32,000 bases of DNA from Candidatus Kuenenia stuttgartensis (GCF_900232105.1 NZ_LT934425.1:2130001-2162000), one strand, 5' to 3'; shown: positions 1-7,473, numbered from the stretch's first letter. Program-made: numbers and translations. The notes: generated by a model not told the origin, from the letters alone.

Positions 1-110
1 TCATGTTTCATTTGCAACACCCAGAAACGATGAAAAATGGTTTTATAACCATATCGTGTTGTAGTATCTGTACTTAAACTATTTTTTGTAGTCTTATTTT
101 CGAGCCAGAT
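1..110 (-). repeat. Interspersed ~110-bp repeat, inverted copy of 26956..27067; cut by the window edge
   Basis: Reverse complement of 1..110 (atctggctcgaaaataagactacaaaaaatag...gggtgttgcaaatgaaacatga) aligns colinearly with 26956..27067. Roughly nine in ten bases are identical by eye, with one 1-nt indel in a T run. Confidence 0.8.
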
Positions 111-287
111 CGGTCATGTTAGTCTTTTTTCAAGCGTAATTTTTTAATCTGAAAGAGTCAAAGCAGGTTGAAATGCAAGAATTTACTGGAATATCGTTTA
201 AGAGTAAGATATTTTCACCAGGCAGATATAAGTATGATTGACCACAAGCTAAACAAATTATATGAATCTACTAATCGCCTAATCAAA

Positions 288-455
288 ACAATACTAGTTC
301 GTGCAGGTGCAATACCAGTTTTGGTAGATTCTGGCCCCATTACCTGGAATATGGATGTGGGGAAACTCAAGATTAAGCTTGAGGATGAGATTGATAGAAA
401 AGGGAATAAGAAAATAAAGGTGATTATGGTAGTTCATATCTACGGTCTTCCGGTT
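288..455 (+). pseudogene. Internal fragment of a DegT/DnrJ/EryC1/StrS-type PLP aminotransferase
   Basis: Residues 41-96 of ORF 168..479 read TILVRAGAIPVLVDSGPITWNMD...KIKVIMVVHIYGLPV. This is the GAxPVxVD ... VHxyG block of the family (compare the intact gene 12330..13475: GKPVFADI...KAIQIMHYAGIP). The rest of the enzyme is absent. Confidence 0.5.
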
Positions 456-596
456 ATATTGGCCGGATTTAGATGTTGATCTGGAAATTGACAACCTTGA
501 AAATCCGTAAAAATATCCTTTAAAATCAAAAGTAGATAAAGGATAAACCTTCTTTGAGGTAAAGATTTTTATAGAAAAAACGGAGGACTTGCATTT

Positions 597-1551
597 ATGG
601 AGGTGTTCAATCCACACGACAAATTTTTCAAAGAGACATTTTCCATACGGGAGAATGCAATCGATTTTCTTCGCGGGACGTTTCCCCCGGAAATTTTAAA
701 AAAGCTGGATTTATCCACTTTAACACAGGATAATAACTCATATATCGACGAGGAACTCAAAGAACATTTTTCAGACATTGTATACACCTGTTTCTGTAAA
801 GACAAAGAACTCCGGATAACCCTTTTATTCGAGCATAAGAGTTATGCCGTAGCATGTCCATATCTACAGTTGATGAAATACCTTTTAAAGATATGGGAAT
901 CGAACAGCAAACAGGCGCAAAGGCTCATACCGGTAATTCCGGTGATATTGTATCATGGCAAAGAGACGTGGAACGTCAGGCGATTCAGAGACTATTTTGA
1001 AGGGATAGACGAGGTATTCTTTAGATTTATACCGGAGTTTGAATATCTGCTGACTGATCTGAGTTTCTACAGTAACGAGGAAATAAAGGACAAGGTATTT
1101 AGAAGGGCATCCCTTCAAATAACCATGTTATTAATGAGGAACATATATAATGACAAAATTCTGGGAGATAAGCTAAAGGTATTCTTTGAAATAGGGAAGC
1201 AGTATTTTGAAGAGGGTGAAGGATTAAAGTTTCTGGAAAGTGTAATCAGGTATTTGTACTATGCGTCGGATATATCGGAAGAACGGGTAATAGATACCCT
1301 GAAAGAGGTATCAGAGGAAGGAGGTAAATTGAGTATGACAATAGCGGCTCGATTAATAGAGAAAGGCAAGTTGGCTGGTATAGAGGAAGGCAGAAAGGAA
1401 GGCAAAGAGGAAGGCAGGATAGAAGGCAGAGCGGAAGGTGCGATAGAGGGCGAGAGGAAGGGAAGGTTAAAAGGTAGGATAGAGGGCATAATGGAGGGCT
1501 GGAAAGATGGCGAGTGGAAGGGTGAAAGGAAAGGTCGGATAAAAGGTCTAA
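597..1551 (+). pseudogene. Rpn-family (YhgA-like, PD-(D/E)XK / Transposase_31) recombination-promoting nuclease, copy 1, 5' portion, split by an IS at 1552
   Basis: N-terminus MEVFNPHDKFFKETF, an LLFEHKSY core and an EG-rich tail are typical of the family. It is colinear and highly similar to the intact copy 25844..26872. The ORF reads on into IS sequence and stops at 1586. Confidence 0.8.
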
Positions 1552-1587
1552 GGCACTGTCCAAAAATAATTTGGTATTTTTATTAAT

Positions 1588-2526
1588 TTAGTTAAGTGAA
1601 ATTGTATAATTCCAATCTGGCAAGACACTGTGTTTGTTTATGTTTATTTCTTTCATTTGGTCATCAGTGATTTTGATTCCTTTTTGGTATTCTTTCTCGT
1701 TAAGAATGGCTTGTACGAGAAGACCCGCTCTTGTTGTAGTGCCAGCAATTAAACTTAGCATAACATCATAAGACCTCAAAGGATTCCCTTCCCAATTTTT
1801 ACTGATAAAACTAAACAGACGATGTTCTACCGGATTCCATTTTGATGCTCCTGAGGGATAGTGGCAAATCCTGATGGAGAGTCCGTAAACTTTACAAATA
1901 TTTTGATAAAGCGCATATTTCCACAACCGGGGACGAAATCCGTTGCTCCCTCCTGCGTCACAAAGAATAAGGAGTTCTTTTGCGCATGGATACCTCTTCC
2001 AACCAAATTCATCCAGCCAAATCTTAATTGACTCGACTGCAAATTCCGGTGTGTCATAGGACGTACCAACAATAACTGTCCCTAGATTAGTCAGCAATTC
2101 ATAGATACCAAACGGACATCCAACACCAATTGCCTGTGAACGAAAATCATGGGCCAAAACTTCATTTACTATTTTTGTCCACGCCTTGCCCTCATTTCTG
2201 AAATTACCTATCAATTCCTTTTTCTTACTGTCAACACTGATTATTGGCTGACCAGAATCTTCAAAATACTTTTTTGTCTCATTAATAATTTCAAACTGTC
2301 TATTACGGTTCGGATGGCGTGTCTCTGCTATCGTTTTGCGATTTACTCTCAGAGAATAATCCATGTCCTTAAGAAGCTTACTAACTGTTGTTGCACATAC
2401 GCTTACACCTCTATCACCGCATTCTTTTTTTAGAGTACGTGTGCTTCTTCTCGTCCATATTTTTCCTTTACCCATTGGGTCTCCTGCAGTATCGCCCTCC
2501 ATCAATTCTTCAAGAAGTTTTACCAC
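1588..2526 (-). CDS. ISAzo13-family transposase, DDE catalytic part / orfB (GTG start in the track; more likely expressed by a -1 shift from orfA)
   Basis: HYPSGASKWNPVEHRLFSFISKNWEGNPL matches the characteristic ISAzo13 / Rhodopirellula-type DDE C-terminal motif (PxxxSKWNxIEHRLFSxISxNW). Confidence 0.8.
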   Translation of the reverse strand: MVKLLEELMEGDTAGDPMGKGKIWTRRSTRTLKKECGDRGVSVCATTVSKLLKDMDYSLRVNRKTIAETRHPNRNRQFEIINETKKYFEDSGQPIISVDSKKKELIGNFRNEGKAWTKIVNEVLAHDFRSQAIGVGCPFGIYELLTNLGTVIVGTSYDTPEFAVESIKIWLDEFGWKRYPCAKELLILCDAGGSNGFRPRLWKYALYQNICKVYGLSIRICHYPSGASKWNPVEHRLFSFISKNWEGNPLRSYDVMLSLIAGTTTRAGLLVQAILNEKEYQKGIKITDDQMKEININKHSVLPDWNYTISLN

Positions 2527-3359
2527 ATCAGTTTTTTTTTAATCGAAGAACGACCTGCACCAACCTTACGTATCCGTCCCGGTGTAATGTTCTTACTCGA
2601 AAGTTCCCGACGCCCCTTGGCAATTGTTTTTACATTTATGCCGGTTAGCAGTGAAAGTCTTAAATCGCCGCCATATCCCAGTTTCATTGATTCTAAACCA
2701 AGATAAAGCCGTTTCTGCCTTTCATCAAGTATAGAAAGAAATGTCTGCAGGCAATCCGTAACCGCCTCACTCCCAAAGCCGGGAATTAATACATTTTCTT
2801 CCTTACAAGCACACAACATGATTGATTGTTTACGTCTGGCGAGTTGATCCGCGCCTAACACCTTGGAGATATACAAATATTCTCCGGCAATCTGCTCACG
2901 CAAGACTCTTCCAGATACCACTAATTGAGTCAGTGCATTAAAGACTCGCACATGTACCAGCGTTTGAAGCTCCGAGGCAAAACAACCTTCCAGAGATTTA
3001 TTAATGATGGCCTCGAGAGTATATACAAGACTTCCTTGTTGAGAAAAATATATTTGATTGAAACTCCAAATGCCATATTTATTATAGCTTGCAAGTTTAT
3101 CCAGTGTATGGTATTTGCCTGCATGGGAATAACTCGCACGATGTCCGAGCGATTTTAGCTTCCTGAAAACCGTTGCTTTTGAAGTCGTTCCCAAAGCTTC
3201 TTTGATACTGTCCAGAGTTAAAACGACATCTCTGTGGAATAGTCCCAAAAGCTTGTGATGAGAATACTTAGCTAAACGCATAATGACACTATTAGGATTA
3301 ATGCGCCGGATAAAATACCGCTTAATCCTAATGCTATCACAATGGCCGGAGGGTGTCAA
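2520..3359 (-). CDS. ISAzo13-family transposase, N-terminal (HTH-like) part / orfA; an alternative start at 3278 (MRLAKY) is possible
   Basis: ORF lies inside the IS and ends IKKKLMW* immediately after an A9 run (T9 on the + strand, 2532..2540). It is contiguous with the DDE ORF in the -1 frame. Confidence 0.65.
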   Translation of the reverse strand: MTPSGHCDSIRIKRYFIRRINPNSVIMRLAKYSHHKLLGLFHRDVVLTLDSIKEALGTTSKATVFRKLKSLGHRASYSHAGKYHTLDKLASYNKYGIWSFNQIYFSQQGSLVYTLEAIINKSLEGCFASELQTLVHVRVFNALTQLVVSGRVLREQIAGEYLYISKVLGADQLARRKQSIMLCACKEENVLIPGFGSEAVTDCLQTFLSILDERQKRLYLGLESMKLGYGGDLRLSLLTGINVKTIAKGRRELSSKNITPGRIRKVGAGRSSIKKKLMW

Positions 3360-3465
3360 TGCCTATATTTACCAGTTGTAACGGCTATTACCGTGACATA
3401 CACAAAGACACTACAACGATACTATTGGCACTATACAATACCATGTTATTTGTGGTCGCTCCCTA

Positions 3466-3624
3466 AAGGAAGCAATAGAGATTGGTTTGGAGCTAAAGTA
3501 TGGCGTTGAAGGTTTAAAGCTTCTGGAACGTATCGGAAAAATAGTGGTGATAGAGAAGCTGGTGGCAATAAAAGAAGCGGTGAAAATAGCAAAGAATGTG
3601 GAAGAAATTGAAAAACTGCTCTAA
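3466..3624 (+). pseudogene. Displaced 3' end of Rpn copy 1
   Basis: Translates KEAIEIGLELKYGVEGLKLLERIGKIVVIEKLVAIKEAVKIAKNVEEIEKLL*, colinear with the last ~52 aa of copy 2 (IEAIEIGLELKYGVNGLRLLERIRK...EEIEKLL*). Confidence 0.85.
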
Positions 3625-3894
3625 CAAGAAAAACCCATATTTTATCCAGGAAATAGGGAAAGGACTAAATTCATCGAGAACTATACTCACAAAAGTCCTG
3701 AGGAATTTAATTGTCCGGGCTTCTATTTTTTTAACATCATGTATATTTTTTATACACTTTTTTCCTAACACTTTCTGCTTATGAAAAAATTTTCCTCTTT
3801 ATCGTAGAAAAATTTTAATTAATTTACAGTATTACCCTATAAAAACCTCTTTTTTTGTAACACTTTAGTCATTTGAAACTGGAAATTGTCCTCT

Positions 3895-3921
3895 GTAGTG
3901 CGACGAGGTTCGTCGCACTAC
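3895..3921. repeat. TGTAG-headed perfect hairpin (12-bp stem, 3-nt loop)
   Basis: gtagtgcgacga-ggt-tcgtcgcactac. Confidence 0.7.
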
Positions 3922-3970
3922 ATGAATTTAGTGGGCTTAGATATTTCAAGTGAGGAACGAACAGCAACCG

Positions 3971-4117
3971 TGGGAGCATTCCCGTTTTTTTGTAACCGTT
4001 AATGATGGGGTCAGGACGAAACAACCCTGACAGGGTTTCAAACCCTGTCAGGGTTAACACTACTGCAACGTTTCATTAAAACATAGCGGAAGTTACAAAA
4101 AATCAGGAATGCACCCA
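3971..4117. mobile_element. MITE (family A, GGAGCATTCCC...TTTTTTGTAAC ends), 147 bp, with a 6-bp target duplication
   Basis: TIR is tgggagcattcccgtttttttgtaac (3971..) versus gttacaaaaaatcaggaatgcaccca (..4117). The direct repeat CAACCG lies at 3965..3970 and 4118..4123. Confidence 0.7.
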
Positions 4118-4215
4118 CAACCGTTTATAGCAAATGCTCCGCTCCTACACTTTACGGCAAGTAGCGCTATTATTGGAATTTTTCAAAAGACTAAAGTGTT
4201 ACAAAAGTTTTTGTA

Positions 4216-4236
4216 GAGACGCATTGCATGCGTCTC
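4216..4236 (+). terminator. TGTAG-headed hairpin followed by a T run (terminator-like, with no obvious upstream gene)
   Basis: ttgtagagacgca-ttgca-tgcgtctc followed by ccctttttg. The 8-bp GC-rich stem plus T5 fits an intrinsic terminator. It could equally be a member of the hairpin repeat family. Confidence 0.3.
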
Positions 4237-4453
4237 CCCTTTTTGTTTATTCAGTTAAAAGTCGCCGAAGGTCTAATTTATTATCTTTTTATCACTTATC
4301 ACTTAACGCCTTCTGCCACCCCTATCCATCACCTCTTCCCTCCCCTCACGGATTCAACATTCTTTGCTTCATATCGCCGCAACCATTTTGCCAAAGATAT
4401 TGGTATTAAAGTTGCTAACCTAATCTTACGTTAAAAATTTCAACGTTTTAGTT

Positions 4454-4480
4454 GTAGAGCGAAGAGACTCTTCGCTCTAC
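4454..4480. repeat. TGTAG-headed near-perfect 27-nt palindrome
   Basis: gtagagcgaagag-a-ctcttcgctctac. Confidence 0.7.
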
Positions 4481-4685
4481 ATTGGAAGATTGTCCATGGT
4501 TTATGTTTAAAAAATTCAATCATGGTTTACCCTTAGAAAAATGAGGTGCTGGGTGTGGGTAAAAATAAAAGTAGTTGGGTTTTTGTCTTTTAAAACCCTC
4601 CCTATTTTACTGGAGATCAATCTTATTATTGCCACTGGCACACATTGCCTGTTATTTTGAAATTGCACTACCAAGAGTGATAAAT

Positions 4686-5291
4686 ATGATTAAACTAATT
4701 GGATCTATACTTGCTTCAGGGATTCAGAACCTATTCAAGCAACAGCCTGATGTCTTAAAAAAAACTACTCGCACGGGAATGACTGAATGGAACTTCGGAC
4801 GTCATCTTGCCAGCGAAATAGCAAAATATATCTTCTGGCTTAACCACGATATGGATATTACGAAACGCCACCACAAGAATCGCCGCCCTGACATCATTTT
4901 TCATAAACGAGGTAGCAATGCTTTGAACTATCTGGTAATAGAAATAAAATGCACTGACAACGTTTGTAACGATATTAAAAAAATTAAGATGGATTGGATG
5001 GGCGATGATCTGCATTATCGTTTTGGGTCCAGTATTATTGCTAATTCCAATGGGGATTTCAAGGTAACTGTTTTTTATAAAAATTCATACGAGGTGTTTT
5101 CACAATCGGCACAGACCATAGAATTACCAAAAATCTCTGAATCAGAAAAACAACACTTCATTTCCCTTGTTAATCAAATATCTTACGCAGGTCAAAACGA
5201 CCATAATGCCAACATGTCGGCGGTAGAAAGGCAGATTGATCAGAAGGTTTGCAAACTTTACGGATTAACTGAAAGGGAAGTTTTTATTTGA
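4686..5291 (+). CDS. Hypothetical protein with a PD-(D/E)XK-like motif and a Type IIG/TaqI-like C-terminal LYGLT tail
   Basis: The ATG at 4686 (MIKLIGS...) is preferred over the TTG at 4575. RPDIIFHKRG...NYLVIEIK resembles a PD...(D/E)xK nuclease core. The last residues, VERQIDQKVCKLYGLTEREVFI*, resemble the conserved extreme C-terminus of Type IIG / Eco57I-like methyltransferase-endonucleases. Confidence 0.5.
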   Translation: MIKLIGSILASGIQNLFKQQPDVLKKTTRTGMTEWNFGRHLASEIAKYIFWLNHDMDITKRHHKNRRPDIIFHKRGSNALNYLVIEIKCTDNVCNDIKKIKMDWMGDDLHYRFGSSIIANSNGDFKVTVFYKNSYEVFSQSAQTIELPKISESEKQHFISLVNQISYAGQNDHNANMSAVERQIDQKVCKLYGLTEREVFI

Positions 5292-5357
5292 TGGGTGCGC
5301 AGTTGTTTCATCCATCCTTATTTCGTAATAATAATGTTAAAATAACGGAGACACACG

Positions 5358-5972
5358 ATGGTTTCAGAGGTATTTAGCATAGCGGGAGCGATGATAGGGT
5401 CTGTTGGTGGGGCTGCATTTATAATAGTTGCTCTCAGCACGTGGCTTGGCAAAGTATGGGCCAACCGCATACTTGAGCAGGACAGGCTTAAGTATGCATC
5501 TGGACTGGAGCAAATAAAGAATAAACTTAACTCCGAGAGGGAAAGAAGCCAGTTCGTATTTTCTTTGTATTTTGAGGGGCAGTTCAAAATCTATAACGAT
5601 CTTTGGGCAGCGCTAGTGGAGCTTCAGTATGGGGTAGAACGGCTATGGAAGGAAGCCTCTCGACAGAACCTGCAAAAGTTTATCAAAGCTCTGCAGGAAG
5701 CGACGCCTCAGATCAAGAAGAGTGCGCTCCTCATAGAACCAGAGCATTACAATGAGATTATGAATGCCCTTAGAACCTTCGAGGGATACCGGGTTGGGAA
5801 AGAGCGCCTGGTGTTTGTCAGGCGCTCCGAGAATCTGGATCGAGGGCAGATACAAGAGGTTATTGATAATAACCGAGGCAACCGGGATATAATCAACAGT
5901 TTTACGGACTCCATGTTGCAAAAGATGAGGGAGCGGTTGTGCAAAGCGGGAGTAGTGTTGCCTGGAAACTAA
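5358..5972 (+). CDS. Hypothetical single-pass membrane protein with a long helical cytoplasmic or extracellular tail
   Basis: N-terminal hydrophobic segment AGAMIGSVGGAAFIIVALSTWLG. ggag lies 7 nt upstream of the ATG. Composition is markedly GC-richer than the neighbours. No family recognised. Confidence 0.55.
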   Translation: MVSEVFSIAGAMIGSVGGAAFIIVALSTWLGKVWANRILEQDRLKYASGLEQIKNKLNSERERSQFVFSLYFEGQFKIYNDLWAALVELQYGVERLWKEASRQNLQKFIKALQEATPQIKKSALLIEPEHYNEIMNALRTFEGYRVGKERLVFVRRSENLDRGQIQEVIDNNRGNRDIINSFTDSMLQKMRERLCKAGVVLPGN

Positions 5973-6129
5973 CAACAGCTTGAATCAGACAGGCTTTTTA
6001 CGCTGATGCTCCAAAACAGGAAGGTTAAGCTGCACGTTATACCTAAACGGGAAATTTGGTTTTTTAAAAATCAAAAGATAATTGTGATAGATAGAATGTC
6101 GTCCGTATATTTATTAGCTTGAAAACATA

Positions 6130-7473
6130 ATGACTAAGCAAAAATTCTATATAAGATACAAAAAGCTTCGCAAGGTCAAAAATACCAAGATTGCAAAAAT
6201 TGGCAGAGGGCAGGATTTTGAGATGCTTATTAATGATGTATTTGAAGAAGAAGATATTCTATTAAAAAGAAGCTACCATACTAGTGATAATAAATCAGAG
6301 CAGATTGATGGTGCTATAGAAATTCTAAATCGTGTCATATTATTTGAAGTCAAATGGGTTGCGGAAAATTTAGCAGCATCAGAATTATATTCATTTCTTG
6401 GGAAAATTGACAATAAACTGTATGGAACATTGGGATTGTTTATTTCAGAAAAAGAGCTATCAGATAATTTTTTGTCTGCAATCGCAAGAGGTCGCAGAAG
6501 AAACGTTTTTATCATCCATGGAAGTGACATTAATTTAATTTTCAAGAAGGATGTATCTCTAAAGGACTACCTAACCCATTGTATAAAATTATATTCTTAT
6601 GACAATTTAACCTATTATTCAGTTGCAAGATGGCTCAAAGAAAATGAAAATTTGTCAAACGCTGAAAAAACAGCCCGCGAAATAGAGAAAATAGATAAGC
6701 AGGTAGTAAAAGATACACTCAAAAAAATTCTTGACGTCAATTTAATGCCAAAACATGATATTTATTTAGTTATTGCTGATCTTGGTGAAGCAGAGAAGAT
6801 CAAAGTTGTTAATTATTTATTGAGAGAATATCCAACATATTACAATGCTTACGCAAAATCAGTTTTCGCAAAAAGAGGTAAGTTTGAAAATATAGAAAAC
6901 TCATTGGAAATTTTGCTAGATTCAGGAGAAATTACAAAAAAAATATATTTAAAATACTACCGTCTTTATATAGGAAATCCTGTTAGTTCATATCTCAGAG
7001 ATTTCATGTGGGAAAAATTCAAAGATTACTATAAAAAGTTAAAGAGTGTTAATAAATTAGAATTTGAAAAGGCATTATTAAAGAATTTCGAATCTATATA
7101 TGGATCTTGGTTAGATGAAAATAAATTAACAAATGTAATTGAATATATTTGGTCATCGATGAGTGAAAATACAAAAGCTGAGTTTATCAATTATTACATT
7201 GAAATATATTTTAGTAATCGCAAAGACCATTACGAACAAAAGCAATTTGCTTCCAAAATTGTAACAAACTCTCAAAATAGGAAATATGTAAAAAATTGGA
7301 TTGAAAAGAAAATTAATGAAGAAATAAAATCCAGTAAACTTACTCAAGACGATGTTGAATCTGAAGTCAAATATTTTAATAGATATTATTCTAAGGCACA
7401 GACAATCCTTTCATTCAATGACAGTGATTGGAGGGCTTATTTAACTAAAAAATATAAGGAAAATATAAAATAA
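6130..7473 (+). CDS. Mrr-cat-like restriction-endonuclease-fold protein with a ~300-aa unassigned helical C-terminal domain
   Basis: GQDFEMLINDVF...EQIDGAIE...VILFEVKW...GTLGLFIS...VFIIHGSDI follows the Mrr catalytic-domain pattern (G..FE, D-G-iD, E-x-K, G-fis). Extremely AT-rich. Confidence 0.6.
   Translation: MTKQKFYIRYKKLRKVKNTKIAKIGRGQDFEMLINDVFEEEDILLKRSYHTSDNKSEQIDGAIEILNRVILFEVKWVAENLAASELYSFLGKIDNKLYGTLGLFISEKELSDNFLSAIARGRRRNVFIIHGSDINLIFKKDVSLKDYLTHCIKLYSYDNLTYYSVARWLKENENLSNAEKTAREIEKIDKQVVKDTLKKILDVNLMPKHDIYLVIADLGEAEKIKVVNYLLREYPTYYNAYAKSVFAKRGKFENIENSLEILLDSGEITKKIYLKYYRLYIGNPVSSYLRDFMWEKFKDYYKKLKSVNKLEFEKALLKNFESIYGSWLDENKLTNVIEYIWSSMSENTKAEFINYYIEIYFSNRKDHYEQKQFASKIVTNSQNRKYVKNWIEKKINEEIKSSKLTQDDVESEVKYFNRYYSKAQTILSFNDSDWRAYLTKKYKENIK

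Larger units (their letters stand above)
1552..3463 (-). mobile_element. ISAzo13-family insertion sequence (~1.9 kb) inserted in Rpn copy 1
   Basis: Imperfect terminal inverted repeats: GTCCAAAAATAATTTGGTATT near 1557 versus the reverse complement of the right end, GACCACAAATAACATGGTATT. A 3-bp direct repeat TAA lies at 1549..1551 and 3464..3466. Deleting 1552..3466 restores the Rpn frame (GLKEAIEIG versus GLIEAIEIG in copy 2). Confidence 0.8.
3853..4206. repeat. 354-bp MITE-like element with ~27-bp terminal inverted repeats, containing a nested second MITE and a central palindrome
   Basis: Left end is ttttgtaacactttagtcatttgaaa (3853..3878). The reverse complement of 4180..4206 is ttttgtaacactttagtcttttgaaa. 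The centre holds the palindrome caaccctgacagggtttcaaaccctgtcagggttaac. A solo copy of the right end lies at ~25795..25825. Confidence 0.7.

Noticed and set aside
1-40. gtttcatttgcaacacccagaaac and recurring gttgcaac/gcaacg motifs looked CRISPR-repeat-like
   Set aside because: There is no array. The copies are single, irregularly spaced, in both orientations and embedded in MITE-like elements, and no cas genes are present in the window.
569-805. Minus-strand ORF 569..805 with a near-identical counterpart at 25771..26085, which could look like a conserved antisense gene
   Set aside because: Conservation is explained entirely by the duplicated Rpn coding sequence on the + strand. Both ORFs overlap the well-supported Rpn N-terminus.
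1246-1563. Two long minus-strand ORFs (1246..1563, 1259..1489) rich in L/P/S
   Set aside because: They are antisense to the GA-rich EG-repeat tract of Rpn copy 1. Low-complexity purine/pyrimidine strand asymmetry removes stop codons, and there is no independent coding signal.
3514-3784. ORFs 3514..3771 (-) and 3596..3784 (+)
   Set aside because: The minus ORF is antisense to the displaced Rpn 3' end. The plus ORF starts inside it in another frame and continues into AT-rich spacer. Neither has support.
4134-4434. ORFs 4134..4409 and 4228..4434 in the gap before the nuclease block
   Set aside because: They run through MITE ends, a hairpin and a C/T-rich low-complexity stretch. No SD and no recognisable motifs, so they are most likely non-coding.
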